Shown here in pieces: positions 49,495-59,824 of a stretch of 64,000 nucleotides of DNA. Source of the stretch: an uncultured Gemmatimonadaceae bacterium (lineage in GTDB: Bacteria; Gemmatimonadota; Gemmatimonadetes; Gemmatimonadales; Gemmatimonadaceae); contig CAVXGK010000001.1 of assembly GCA_963761305.1 (NCBI GenBank), forward strand, positions 1,248,001 through 1,312,000. The letters run 5' to 3'. The stretch's first letter is position 1; each line of letters begins with the position of its first letter. Position numbers and translations under genes: made by a program. The notes under the pieces are model-generated. The model saw nothing but the letters and a program-made list of their open reading frames with translations. It made no database searches and was not told the DNA's origin.

Positions 49495-50373
49495 ATGTTG
49501 CCCGTCCGCTGGACGTTCGCGCTCGTCGCGCCGTTGTTCGTGTTCGCCTTCGCCGCATCGTCGCGGCTTGCCCCCAAGCTTCACCTGGAGGAAGTCGGCA
49601 GTGATTCGACGTCGTTCGACGTCGTCGCGACGCTGATCGTCGGACCGACCGAATCGATTCTATGGGATGGGCAATATCACCTGGCCGACGCGAGGCGCAT
49701 GGCCGACGTGATCACGGCGAGCCACACGCGTCTCAAGGCGATCATCATCTCGCACCCGGATCACGACCACTACTCGGGCGTCGCGGCCATCGTCGAGCGC
49801 TTCCCCGGAACGCCGGTGTACATGACGGCGAAAGCGCTCGCGCACTACGACACCACCGCACAGCGGAATTTTCAGGGCGAAAAGGCGCGTCGTCCCGCGG
49901 TGCTTCCCGATAGCCTCGTTCACCCGCACGTGTTGCCGGCGACGCACTTCACCGTGGACGGCGAAGCGGTCGAGGTGATTCCCGATCTCACCGGCGACGT
50001 GATCATCCCGACGAACAGCTTCCTCTGGATTCCGTCCCTGCGCGCCGTGCTCGCCGGCGACATCGTGTTCAACGGCGTTCACCCCTGGCTCGGCAGTTCC
50101 AACGAGGCGTCGCGCACGGCGTGGCGCGCCGCGGTCAAGCGCATCGCCGACATGAAACCGCTCGTCGTCGTCGCGGGGCACAAGAAGGACGTGTCGTCGG
50201 CCGACTCACCGGCATCGCTCGCCTTCATGGACGCCTACCTCGCCGACTTCGACGCGCTGCGAAGGACGTCGGCCGACGGAAACGCGCTCCGCGACGCGAT
50301 GTTCGCCAAGTACTCCAACCTCGGCGTGCCCACGCTGCTCGCCTACAGCGCGCAGGTGGCATACAAGCGGTAA
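49495..50373 (+). CDS. Secreted MBL-fold metallo-hydrolase
   Basis: ISHPDHDHY, LAGDIVF, VAGH; GAGGAG RBS; signal peptide. Confidence 0.88.
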   Translation: MLPVRWTFALVAPLFVFAFAASSRLAPKLHLEEVGSDSTSFDVVATLIVGPTESILWDGQYHLADARRMADVITASHTRLKAIIISHPDHDHYSGVAAIVERFPGTPVYMTAKALAHYDTTAQRNFQGEKARRPAVLPDSLVHPHVLPATHFTVDGEAVEVIPDLTGDVIIPTNSFLWIPSLRAVLAGDIVFNGVHPWLGSSNEASRTAWRAAVKRIADMKPLVVVAGHKKDVSSADSPASLAFMDAYLADFDALRRTSADGNALRDAMFAKYSNLGVPTLLAYSAQVAYKR

Positions 50374-50436
50374 CAGCCGGCTGGACTCGACGCTCGAACG
50401 GCGGCAAGATTCCCGCTCCACGGAGGAGCGTGAAGT

Positions 50437-50853
50437 CTGCCTGACGAATCTCGAGCGTCGAGTGCGCCGGCCTCGCTCGGCCTCAAGCTGGGGCGAGCGC
50501 TGCGGCTGCGTTGTCCGCGCTGCGGCGCTGGGGGAATGTGGGCGTCGTGGCTGCGAATGAATCGCAACTGCGCGTCTTGCGGACTCGTGTTCGACCGCGG
50601 TGAACCGGACCACTGGCTCGGCGCGTTCGCCGTCAACTGGGTCGCCGGCGAAGGCATCGCCGCGGCGGTCGCGATCATCATTCTCGTGGTCAAGTGGCCA
50701 AACACGCTCCCGGGAATGATCGTCGGCATCGCGCTGGCGGTCGTCATGCCCCTGCTCTTCTTTCCGTTTTCGCGAACGATCTGGCTCGCGTTCGATCTGC
50801 ACTTCCGCCCGTCCGAGCCCGGCGACATCGCGACGATCGATCGCCGCGCATGA
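50437..50853 (+). CDS. DUF983 family protein (start uncertain)
   Basis: In-frame upstream RLRCPRCGAG plus CASCG and two TM helices. Confidence 0.8.
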   Translation: MPDESRASSAPASLGLKLGRALRLRCPRCGAGGMWASWLRMNRNCASCGLVFDRGEPDHWLGAFAVNWVAGEGIAAAVAIIILVVKWPNTLPGMIVGIALAVVMPLLFFPFSRTIWLAFDLHFRPSEPGDIATIDRRA

Positions 50854-52339
50854 ACCTCACCGAACTGTTCGACGCGTCGCTCCGGAGACGCGCGGATCGC
50901 GATCGGGCTCGAGTGCATGACCGCCGGTGGCGAGCTGCGAACGCTCACGTTCGGCGAGCTCGAGGCGCGGGCGAATCGTATGGCGCGCGAGCTGACGTCG
51001 CGCGGGCTGACTCGCGGCGACCGGTTGTGCGCTCACCTCGCCAACCGCGTCGAGTTCGTCGATCTCTTTCTCGCCTGCACGCGGCTCGGCGTCGTCCTCG
51101 TGCCGATGAACGTTCTGTATCGCGAGCGGGAGCTGCGGCACATCGTGTCGGACGCGGATCCGAAAGCCGTCGTCGTCGAGCCCACGAGCGACGCGACCTA
51201 TCCCGACGCGGCGCCGCTGTGGGACGTGGCGGCGCTGAGCGACGCCGCGGCTGCGCGCGACAGCAAGCGTCCCGACGCGCACGTGCGAGGCGCCGATCCG
51301 GCGCTCATCGTCTACACGTCCGGCACAACCGGCGCGGCCAAGGGCGCCGTCCTCTCGCACGACAACCTCGCGGCGAACGGCAAGACGCTCGTCTCGGCGT
51401 GGCGCATCACGGAGGCCGATCGCTATCTCGCGATGCTGCCGCTCTTCCACGTCCACGGGCTCGCCAACGGACTTCACAGTTGGCTCATCACCGGATGCCG
51501 CATGCGGCTGCTCGAGCGGTTCGACCATCGCACCACGCCGGCGGTGATGAGCGAATTCAAACCGACGCTCGTGTTCGGCGTGCCGACCATCTACGTGCGT
51601 TTGCTCGATCGGTCGGTGGTGAGTGATGCGCAGGCCCGCGACGTCGGCGCGGCCGCGCGACTGTTCGTCTCCGGATCGGCTCCGCTGCCGGCGCACGTGC
51701 TCGAGGCATTTCACGCACGCTTCGGCCACACGATCCTCGAGCGCTACGGGATGAGCGAGACGCTCATGATCATGAGCAACCCCTATGACGGAGAGCGGAG
51801 ACCCGGTTCAGTCGGGCCGCCGTTGCCCGGCGTGAGCGCGCGCATCGTCGACGACTCGCTTCGTGAGCTCGGCGACGACGAAGTCGGCGAAATCGAGGTC
51901 CGGTCGCCGCACCTCTTCTCGCAGTACTGGCGGCGCCCCGACGCCACGGAAGCGGCGTTCGACGACGGCTGGTTCCGCACCGGCGACGTCGGCGTCCGCT
52001 CCGCCGACGGCTACTACACGCTGCGCGGCCGGCGCGGCGATCTGATCATCAGCGGTGGGTTCAACATCTATCCGCGAGAGATCGAAGAGCTGTTGCTCGA
52101 GGATCCGCGCGTACGCGAAGCCGCGGTGGTCGGCGTATCGGACAGCCTGCGCGGCGAAGTGCCGATCGCGTACGTCGTGAGCGACGACCTCGACGTCGCC
52201 GCGCTCGAAAGCGACGTGTCGCACGCAGCTGGCGTCGTTCAAGATTCCGCGCGCGTTCGTGCGCGTCGACACGCTGCCGCGCACCGCCCTCGGCAAAGTC
52301 CAGAAACATCTACTGCCGAAATGGAACGGGCATAGCTGA
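50850..52339 (+). CDS. Acyl-CoA synthetase (malonyl-CoA synthetase MatB-like), frameshifts near 50900 and 52218
   Basis: YTSGTTGAAKG, LPLFHVHGL, ERYGMSET, FRTGD, SGGFNIYPREIE; LASFKIPR..LPRTALGKVQK in a shifted frame. Confidence 0.9.
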
Positions 52340-52407
52340 GTCGCGCCGCGTTACCTATGTTCTGACCGCCGATACAGCTCCCACTCCCCCCTCCCGCCCA
52401 CCGTCAC

Positions 52408-54286
52408 ATGCGACGTCTTCGATGGATGCTCGTTCAGGCGCTGGCCGTTCTCGCGCCGTTCGTCGTGCGGGCGCAGAGCAGCGACTGGCCCACTGTTCAG
52501 CTTCGAGGAAGTGATGATTCCGGTGCGCGATGGAGCGCATTTGCAGACGGTCGTCCTTCGTCCGACCGGGCACCCGGAGCCGCTGCCGATCCTGCTCACG
52601 CGGACACCGTATGGTGTGCCGAGCGCGGCACCGACCAGCATGCGCGGGAACCTGCGCGAGTTGATGGCCGATGGGTACATCCTCGTCATTCAGAACCTTC
52701 GCGGCCGATTCAAGTCGGAGGGAACGTTCCTCCTCTCGTCCGCCGTGAATCTCGCCGACAAGTCGCCGAAGAACGTCAACGAGACCACCGACGCGTACGA
52801 TACGATCGATTGGCTCGTCAAGAACGTTCCGAACAACAACGGCAACGTCGGGATGTACGGCGTCTCGTACGACGGCCTCACAGCGGGAATGACGCTCCTC
52901 ATGCCGCATCCGGCCCTCAAGGCGATCAGCGAGCAAGCGTCGCCCGCCGACCAGTGGATGAACGACGACAATCATCGCTACGGCGCGTTGCGCGAGAGTT
53001 ACAACTTCGAGTACGCGGTGATGGAACAGGCGAGCAAGACGGCCAACACCCATTTCGACTTCGGCACGTACGACGGCTACGAGTGGTACCTCAGGCTCGG
53101 GCCGCTGTCGAACATCAACGCGAAGTATCTCCACAATTCCATTCCGGCCTGGAACGAAACGGTCGAGCATCCCAACTACGACGCATTCAACAAGCGTGAA
53201 GCGTGGTACACGCAGATCAAGGGTTCGACGGTCCCGAACCTGAACGTCGCCGGCTTCTGGGATCAGGAAGACCCGTGGGGTCCGTGGGCAATTTTTCATC
53301 AGGCCGAGAAGAACGACCCCGATCACACGAACTTCATGGTCGCGGGTCCGTGGTACCACGGCTCGTGGCAGAGCGTGAAGAACGACAGCATCGGGATCAT
53401 CCCGCTGGGCGGCCACGAAACCGCGCGAGAGTTTCGAGAGAACATCGAGGCGCCGTTCTTCCGCTACTATCTGCACGGCAAGGGCACGAAGCCGGCGTGG
53501 CGCGCGACGACCTTCCAGACTGGATCGAACTCGTGGAAGACGTACGACGCCTGGCCGCCGCGCGCGGCGAAGCTCACCGACTTGTATCTCCACACCGACG
53601 GCACGCTGTCGTTCGACAAGCCGAGTGGCGGCGCCGCCTTCCGCGAGTTCGTGTCGGATCCGGCGCATCCCGTCCCGTACCGCCAGCGACCGATCTCCCC
53701 GACATATCCCGCCGGCGACTGGCGCCTCTGGGAAGTCGCCGACCAACGTTTCGTCGACGGCAGGCCGGACGTGCTCACCTACACCAGCGCGCCGCTCGAT
53801 CACGACATCACCGTCACCGGTGCGCTCTCGGCGACGCTCTTCGCGGCGACGTCGGGGACTGACGCCGATTTCGTCGTTAAGCTCATCGACGTCTATCCCG
53901 ACAGCGCGCAGGCGAACGCGTGGAATCCCGACGCGGGACCGCCGCCCAACGCGTACGCACGATCGCTCAACGGCTACGAGCTGCCCATCGCCATGGAGGT
54001 TCGACGCGGCCGCTTCCTGGCGAGCTTCGAAACGCCGCATCCGCTCGTGGCGAACAAGCCGACCGAGTGGCCAATCCCGTTGCGCGAGCACGATCACGTG
54101 TTCCTCAAGGGACATCGCATCATGGTGCAGGTGCAGTCGACCTGGTTCCCGATCATCGATCGCAATCCGCAGACGTTCATGCCCAGCATCTTCGACGCGA
54201 AAGCGAGCGACTTCGTGAAGGCCACACAGCGCGTATACGGAACGGCGAGTCTGCCGTCGCGCATCACGCTGCCCGTCGTTCCCTGA
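52408..54286 (+). CDS. CocE/NonD family hydrolase (alpha-amino acid ester hydrolase-like), frameshift near 52490
   Basis: Signal peptide in the 52408 frame; IPVRDG, RTPY, GVSYDG nucleophile motif, GPWYHG, VQSTWFP..DRNPQ. Confidence 0.9.
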
Positions 54287-54294
54287 CCGCCCCG

Positions 54295-55593
54295 ATGGCC
54301 ACGCAGAGCGTCGCGCTCGACGCGGCGTCGACGCGCACGAAGCTCAACCGACAACAGATCGTCGGCTTCTGGGCCGCGTGGTCCGGCTGGCTGCTCGACG
54401 GCATGGACTCGGTGATCTACGCGCTGGTGCTCGCGCCGGCGCTCACCGAGTTGCTGCCGCGCTCCGGAATGCAGGCGACGCCCGCCAACATTGGATTCGT
54501 CGGCTCGATTCTCTTCGCGATGTTTCTCGCCGGCTGGGGCTTCTCGTTTCTCTGGGGCCCGATCGCCGACCGGTTCGGCCGCACGCGTTCGCTCGCCGCG
54601 ACGATCCTTGTCTACGCGCTCTTCACCGGCGCCGCGGCATTCGCGCAGAACGTGTGGCAGCTCGGCGCGTTTCGCTTGCTCGCCGGAATCGGCGTCGGCG
54701 GCGAGTGGGCGATGGCCGGCACATACGTCGCCGAGGCGTGGCCGGAAGATCGTCGCAAGATGGGCGCGGGTTACCTGCAAACCGGCTACTACTTCGGCTT
54801 CTTCCTCGCGGCAGCGCTCAACTTCACCGTCGGCGCGCGCTTCGGGTGGCGCGCGATGTTCCTGTGCGGTTTCGTGCCGGTGATCGTCTCGGTGCTCACG
54901 CTGCGCCGCGTAAAAGAGCCGGAACGCTGGAAGCGGCAGGAATCCGAAGCGAAACGCGCGCATCCGCTCGCCGAGATCTTCGCACCGAGATACCGCCGAC
55001 GCACGCTGGTCAACGCGACGCTGCTCACCGTCGCGATCATCGGGCTGTGGGCGGCCGCTGTCTACGAGCCGGCCGCGATCACCACGCTGGCGAAGAAAGC
55101 CGGCATCGTCGGGCCCGCCGCCGCCAAGCTCGTGTCGCTCGGCACCGGCGTACTGTCGATCGGCACGATACTCGGCTGCATCTGCTTGCCGGTGTTCGCC
55201 GAGCGATGGGGTCGGAAGACGACGCTGGCGCTGTACTTCGCCGGCATGCTGGTCACGATTCCGCTCGCGTTCGGCTGGGCGTTTTATCTCGACGACGGGC
55301 TCACCCCGTTCATCGTGATTCTGTTCTTCATGGGATTCGCCGGCGGCAACTTCACGGCGTTCAGCCTCTGGCTGCCGGAACAGTACGACACGCGCGTTCG
55401 CGCTACGGCGTTCGCGTTCTCGACGAGCGTCGGCCGATTCGTCGGCGCGGGAGTCAACTTCGTGATTGCGTCGATGGTGCTGCGCATGGGAACGCTCGGG
55501 ACGCCCGTCGCGCTCACGGCGATCGCGTTCGCCGTCGGGATCCTGATCGTTCCGCTGGCTATCGAGACGACGGGTCAGACGCTTCCGGAGTAA
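54295..55593 (+). CDS. MFS transporter
   Basis: GWLLDGMD, ADRFGR, GIGVGGEW, ERWGRK, ETTGQTL. Confidence 0.92.
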   Translation: MATQSVALDAASTRTKLNRQQIVGFWAAWSGWLLDGMDSVIYALVLAPALTELLPRSGMQATPANIGFVGSILFAMFLAGWGFSFLWGPIADRFGRTRSLAATILVYALFTGAAAFAQNVWQLGAFRLLAGIGVGGEWAMAGTYVAEAWPEDRRKMGAGYLQTGYYFGFFLAAALNFTVGARFGWRAMFLCGFVPVIVSVLTLRRVKEPERWKRQESEAKRAHPLAEIFAPRYRRRTLVNATLLTVAIIGLWAAAVYEPAAITTLAKKAGIVGPAAAKLVSLGTGVLSIGTILGCICLPVFAERWGRKTTLALYFAGMLVTIPLAFGWAFYLDDGLTPFIVILFFMGFAGGNFTAFSLWLPEQYDTRVRATAFAFSTSVGRFVGAGVNFVIASMVLRMGTLGTPVALTAIAFAVGILIVPLAIETTGQTLPE

Positions 55594-55638
55594 ATCGAAG
55601 CCGGGCGCGGCGGCATGCTGCTTGACCTTATAGTCGGC

Positions 55639-56445
55639 ATGAGCTCGACAAGCGCGCGCGCCGTATCGAAACCAAAATCGCGAAGGCCGCGGGCGACCTG
55701 GAAGGACTGGGTCCGCGTCGCCATTCCCGTAGTGCTGCTCGCCGGTCTCGTCATCGCCGGGTGGCAGCTCGGCTACTTCGACTTGAAGAAACCCGACGCG
55801 CTCCATGACGCAGCGCGACGCGCGCGCGGAATTCCATGGCTCGCTCCGATGCTCATCGCGGTGTACGCGTCGCTGGCCGCGCTCGCGGCGCCCGTGTCGC
55901 CGCTCGCCTACGGCGCGGGCGCCGTGTTCGGCGTCGTCGAAGGGTCGATCATCGTGTGGACGGCGTCGATGATCGGCAGCGCGGCGGGCTACACGCTGGC
56001 GCGCACCGTGTGGTCGGAATCGGCGCGAAGGTTGCTCGGGCGCCACGAAGACAAGTTTCGGAAGCTGCGAGACGGAAACACGTTCCTCACGGTGCTCCGT
56101 GTGCAGCTTCTGCCGGTCGTGCCGTTTGGCTTGCTCACGTACGCCGCTGGAACGGCTCGACTTCCATTTTTCTCGTATTGGCTCGCGAGCGGACTCGGGA
56201 TCATCCCGTCGACGATCGCGGCCGTGTACGTGGGCGATCGTTTGCGCGCCGGCGTTCGTGAAAGCGGCGGCCACCCGTTCGCGGTGGCCGCCGCCGTCAT
56301 GGCCGCGGTGACGCTGTTGTCGTTTCTTCCGACGCTGTTCGCGAAGAGAAGAGAGAGGCGGCCGATTACTCGCGCAGCGCCTCCATTGGGTCGACGCGAA
56401 TCGCCCGTCGCGCCGGCACGAGACACGCCGCCGCGGCAACGGTGA
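55639..56445 (+). CDS. TVP38/TMEM64 (VTT/DedA superfamily) membrane protein
   Basis: AGAVFG, LRVQLLPVVPFGLLTYAAG, LGIIP; tail overlaps the convergent permease by 80 bp. Confidence 0.85.
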   Translation: MSSTSARAVSKPKSRRPRATWKDWVRVAIPVVLLAGLVIAGWQLGYFDLKKPDALHDAARRARGIPWLAPMLIAVYASLAALAAPVSPLAYGAGAVFGVVEGSIIVWTASMIGSAAGYTLARTVWSESARRLLGRHEDKFRKLRDGNTFLTVLRVQLLPVVPFGLLTYAAGTARLPFFSYWLASGLGIIPSTIAAVYVGDRLRAGVRESGGHPFAVAAAVMAAVTLLSFLPTLFAKRRERRPITRAAPPLGRRESPVAPARDTPPRQR

Positions 56446-59035
56446 GCAACACAGCCGCCGCCGCCCCGAGCATCGCCGGATCGGTCGGTCCGACGCCAAA
56501 CAACAGCGTTCGCAAATAGCGCGTCGTCGCCAGCGCGCCGATCAAACCGATCGCCACGCCCACGACGGCGAGACCGAGTCCGCGCGCGAGCACCATGCGC
56601 AGCAGATCTCCGGGCGTCGCGCCGAGTGCGCTGCGCAACCCGATCTCTCGCGTGCGCTCGGCCACGCTTCCCGCCAACACGCCGTAGATGCCGGCCGCTG
56701 AGAGCAACAACGCCAGCATCGCGAACGCGCCGAACAACGTCAGCGCCAGCGATCGCTGCGCCGCCGACGAGGCGACGACGACGTCCATCGTCCGGACGTC
56801 GGTGACGGGCTGCGACGGATCGACGGCGGCGACCGCGGCGCGAAGCTGCTGTGCGAGCGCCGCCGAGCTCGCCCGTGCGCGCGCAACTAGGATCACGTCG
56901 CCGTTGGTCCAGCCCCACGAGGATTCGGGAACGTAGACGGCGCGCTGGTCGTCGCCGTCAAGCGATTGGTGATGAACGTCGGCGGCGACGCCCACCACCG
57001 TTGCCCATTGCTGGCGCGCGTTGGGAACATGGATCCGTTTGCCGATCACGTTCACGTAGCCCCATATCGACCGGGCCAGCGTCGTGCTGACGATCGCGAC
57101 CGACGACGACGTGTCGCGCGCGTCCGCGTCGGTAAAGTCGCGGCCTGCCTCGAGGCGAATGCGCATCACGTTCAGGTAATCGCCGACAACGCGATACCCG
57201 GTCGCGTAGGGCGCCAACTCCGGATTCGCGAGCGGTTTGTCCTGCGCCGAGATCCCGTACTGATCGATGTTCCCGCCAAGGGGAAGCGACGTCGTTTCCG
57301 CGGCGTCGACGACGCCGGGAACCGTTCGCGCCGCGTCGATGATACGTTGCCGGAAGTCGAGCGCCGCGGCGCTCGACGCGTACCGCGGACCCGACGACTC
57401 GACCTGCATCGTAATCAGGTTGCTCGGATCGAATCCCGGATCGACGGCGAGCAATCGTGTCAAGCTGCGCGCGAGCAAACCGGCGCTGGCGAGGAGCAGC
57501 AGCGCGAGCGCCATTTCGGCGACGACGAGAGTCGAACGCGTGCGGTGGTGATCCGTTCCGCTCACGCGACCCGCCCCGCGCAGTGCGCCGGAATACAGCA
57601 CTCGCTTGCGTGCCCCGCGCGCCGGAACGATGCCGAGCACGATCGCCAGCGGGACGACGATCGCCGCCACGACGACGGGCGCGGCGAAATCGAAATGAAT
57701 CACGTCGATGCGCGGGAACGAGCGCGGCAGGCGCGCGACGAGGAGCGGCAGCGTCGCCCAGCCGAGTGCGACCCCGAGCGCTCCACCCGCCGCGGCGATC
57801 ACGAGTCCCTCGGCGGCGAGCTGTTGGGCGAGCCGCGCCGCCCCGGCGCCGAGCGCGAGTCGAACGCCGAATTCCGCGTCGCGGCGAACCGCGCGCGCTA
57901 GTTGCAGGTTGACGACGTTCGCCACGGCGATCAACAGCACCAGCACGACGGCCCCGGCGATCGCGTAGAGCGCCGGGCGCACCGTACCCGTGACGTGTTC
58001 CTGCATCTGTTGCACGAACATTCCGGCCGCAGGGTACTCCTTCGGATAGGCCGCGAAGAGTTGTGCGGAGATCTGATTCAATTCGGCGGCTGCGCGCTCG
58101 CGGGATACGCCGTCGCGGATGCGCGCGATCGCCGTGAGGTGGCGGCACGACCGGCACGCCCACGGTTGGCCGGCGGCGTAACCGAGCGGCGTATAGATCT
58201 GCGCGCCGGTCTGCTGCACGTCTTCGTACGATTTCGGTAGCACCCCGACCACGGTCCGCGGAGTTCCGTCGAGCTGAATCGCGCGTCCCACGATCGTCGA
58301 GTCCGCGGCGAACCGGCGCGCCCACAATCCATAGGTGAGCAGGACGACCTTCGCACCGCCGAACGACGTGGGTTGAAGCGGCTTGTCTTCGTCGGCCGTG
58401 AAATCCCGGCCGAGCATCGGGCGCACGCCGAGCGTGCGGAAGTAGTTCCACGTGACGCGCGAGCCGCTGAGGCGTTCGGGTGAGCTCGGAACGGACAGCG
58501 TCGTCGTCCAGAACGAAACCGCGGCGACCGAAGCGAGCGTCGTCGTGTGCGCGCGGACGTCCTGCACGGTGGCGAACCCCGTCGTCACCTGACCTCCGCT
58601 CTGATCGCGCTCCCAGATGTACGCCAGGCGATCGGGATGCTCATATGGAAGCGAGCGAATGAGGAGCGGATCGACGACACTGAAGATCGCCGTCGTCGGA
58701 CCGATGGCGAGAGCGAGCGTCACCGCACAGAGCGAGGCGAACGCCGGAGCGCGCCGCAGCAAACGCGCGGCGTGGCGGAGGTCGGAGAAGAACGACGACA
58801 CGAGGTCCTCCTGATGACGCGCGCGCCGCAGGCCGGCGAGAGAGCCGAAGTGGCGGATCGCGACGAGGGTTTCCCACCAGAGCCGCGCGTGCGCGACCAG
58901 GGCGCCGCGGAACGCGGCGTCGCTATAGAAGCGCTCGACCAGGTCGCCGACGATCGCGTCGCGCACGTCGGGGCGAATGACGCGATCGAGAAGACGAAGC
59001 GCGAGCCGCGGCTCGCGACGCGCGGCGTTGGTCAC
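56366..59035 (-). CDS. ADOP-type duplicated ABC permease
   Basis: IVGDLVE prefix, TLALAIG..TAIFS, LLIAVANVVNL, GIYGVL, VDPMEALRE. Confidence 0.93.
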   Translation of the reverse strand: MTNAARREPRLALRLLDRVIRPDVRDAIVGDLVERFYSDAAFRGALVAHARLWWETLVAIRHFGSLAGLRRARHQEDLVSSFFSDLRHAARLLRRAPAFASLCAVTLALAIGPTTAIFSVVDPLLIRSLPYEHPDRLAYIWERDQSGGQVTTGFATVQDVRAHTTTLASVAAVSFWTTTLSVPSSPERLSGSRVTWNYFRTLGVRPMLGRDFTADEDKPLQPTSFGGAKVVLLTYGLWARRFAADSTIVGRAIQLDGTPRTVVGVLPKSYEDVQQTGAQIYTPLGYAAGQPWACRSCRHLTAIARIRDGVSRERAAAELNQISAQLFAAYPKEYPAAGMFVQQMQEHVTGTVRPALYAIAGAVVLVLLIAVANVVNLQLARAVRRDAEFGVRLALGAGAARLAQQLAAEGLVIAAAGGALGVALGWATLPLLVARLPRSFPRIDVIHFDFAAPVVVAAIVVPLAIVLGIVPARGARKRVLYSGALRGAGRVSGTDHHRTRSTLVVAEMALALLLLASAGLLARSLTRLLAVDPGFDPSNLITMQVESSGPRYASSAAALDFRQRIIDAARTVPGVVDAAETTSLPLGGNIDQYGISAQDKPLANPELAPYATGYRVVGDYLNVMRIRLEAGRDFTDADARDTSSSVAIVSTTLARSIWGYVNVIGKRIHVPNARQQWATVVGVAADVHHQSLDGDDQRAVYVPESSWGWTNGDVILVARARASSAALAQQLRAAVAAVDPSQPVTDVRTMDVVVASSAAQRSLALTLFGAFAMLALLLSAAGIYGVLAGSVAERTREIGLRSALGATPGDLLRMVLARGLGLAVVGVAIGLIGALATTRYLRTLLFGVGPTDPAMLGAAAAVLLTVAAAACLVPARRAIRVDPMEALRE

Positions 59036-59355
59036 GACGCGTCCAGCCCGACGTCGAGGCCGGCCGCCATGCGGCGCAGCGCGATCAGATTCTGCCGCAA
59101 CGCGCGCTTCCCCACCGCCGTCACCGAGTAGTAGCGCTTGGCCCGTCCGCCGCGTTCGGCCGTCGGTTCGCCGACGTGCGACGCGACGAGGCCCTTTGTC
59201 TCGAGACGTGAGAGCGCCTTGTAGATCGTGCCCAGCGTGAGATCGCGCCGCGCACGCTGCCGGACCTCCTGCTGTACCGGCACGCCATACGCGTGGTCGC
59301 CGGATTGGAGGACGGCCAGCAGGACGATCTGCTCGAGGTCGCCGAGGGGTTCCAT
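59032..59355 (-). CDS. PadR family transcriptional regulator
   Basis: LGDLEQIVLLA, AYGVPV, GTIYKALSRLETKG, RGGRAKRYY. Confidence 0.92.
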   Translation of the reverse strand: MEPLGDLEQIVLLAVLQSGDHAYGVPVQQEVRQRARRDLTLGTIYKALSRLETKGLVASHVGEPTAERGGRAKRYYSVTAVGKRALRQNLIALRRMAAGLDVGLDAS

Positions 59356-59442
59356 AGTTGGTTTGTTAGACAATGCCGGGGAAATAAAGGTTGGGTCGCA
59401 TTGTGGCAAGGGGGTCTCCCTGCGCGGCCGGCTAGTGAAAAG

Positions 59443-59713
59443 AACCGCTCCACCGCGGAGACGCAGAGAACGCAGAGGACGACCGGGATAGCCAAAGTTC
59501 GTCGCGCAATGACCGGCTCTTTGGGAACCGCCGCTCGGGAAGCCACCCACCCCGTGAGGGGTCTCGGCGGAGACACTGGAGCATCCCGAGCGGCGGTTCA
59601 CAAAGACGTCCCGGCTCGTTGGGCGCGGAGACCGACTTCGCGGCCGTTCTCTGCGTCTCCGCGTTCTCTGCGGTCTCTGCGTCGAAGCAGTCGAGTTGCT
59701 GTTGTTGTTGTTG
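59443..59713. repeat. Family 2 nested-palindrome element, copy 2 (opposite orientation)
   Basis: CGCGGAGACGCAGAGAACGCAGAG ... CTCTGCGTCTCCGCGTTCTCTGCG ends; inner stem GCCGCTCGGGA (59530) / TCCCGAGCGGC (59584). Confidence 0.8.
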
Positions 59714-59824
59714 CCGCCGGGGCGGCGGGCGGATCTTGGATACGGACCGTCCGGATAACGAAATCGCGGTTCGATCGTTTTCTTACGGTAGCGGACAGGA
59801 TCCAAACGCCCGGAGCTCACTAGA

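Noticed and set aside
53920..56499. Long alternative-frame and antisense ORFs (e.g. 54094..56499 minus) here and throughout
   Set aside because: Typical high-GC shadow ORFs overlapping well-supported genes, with no recognisable motifs.
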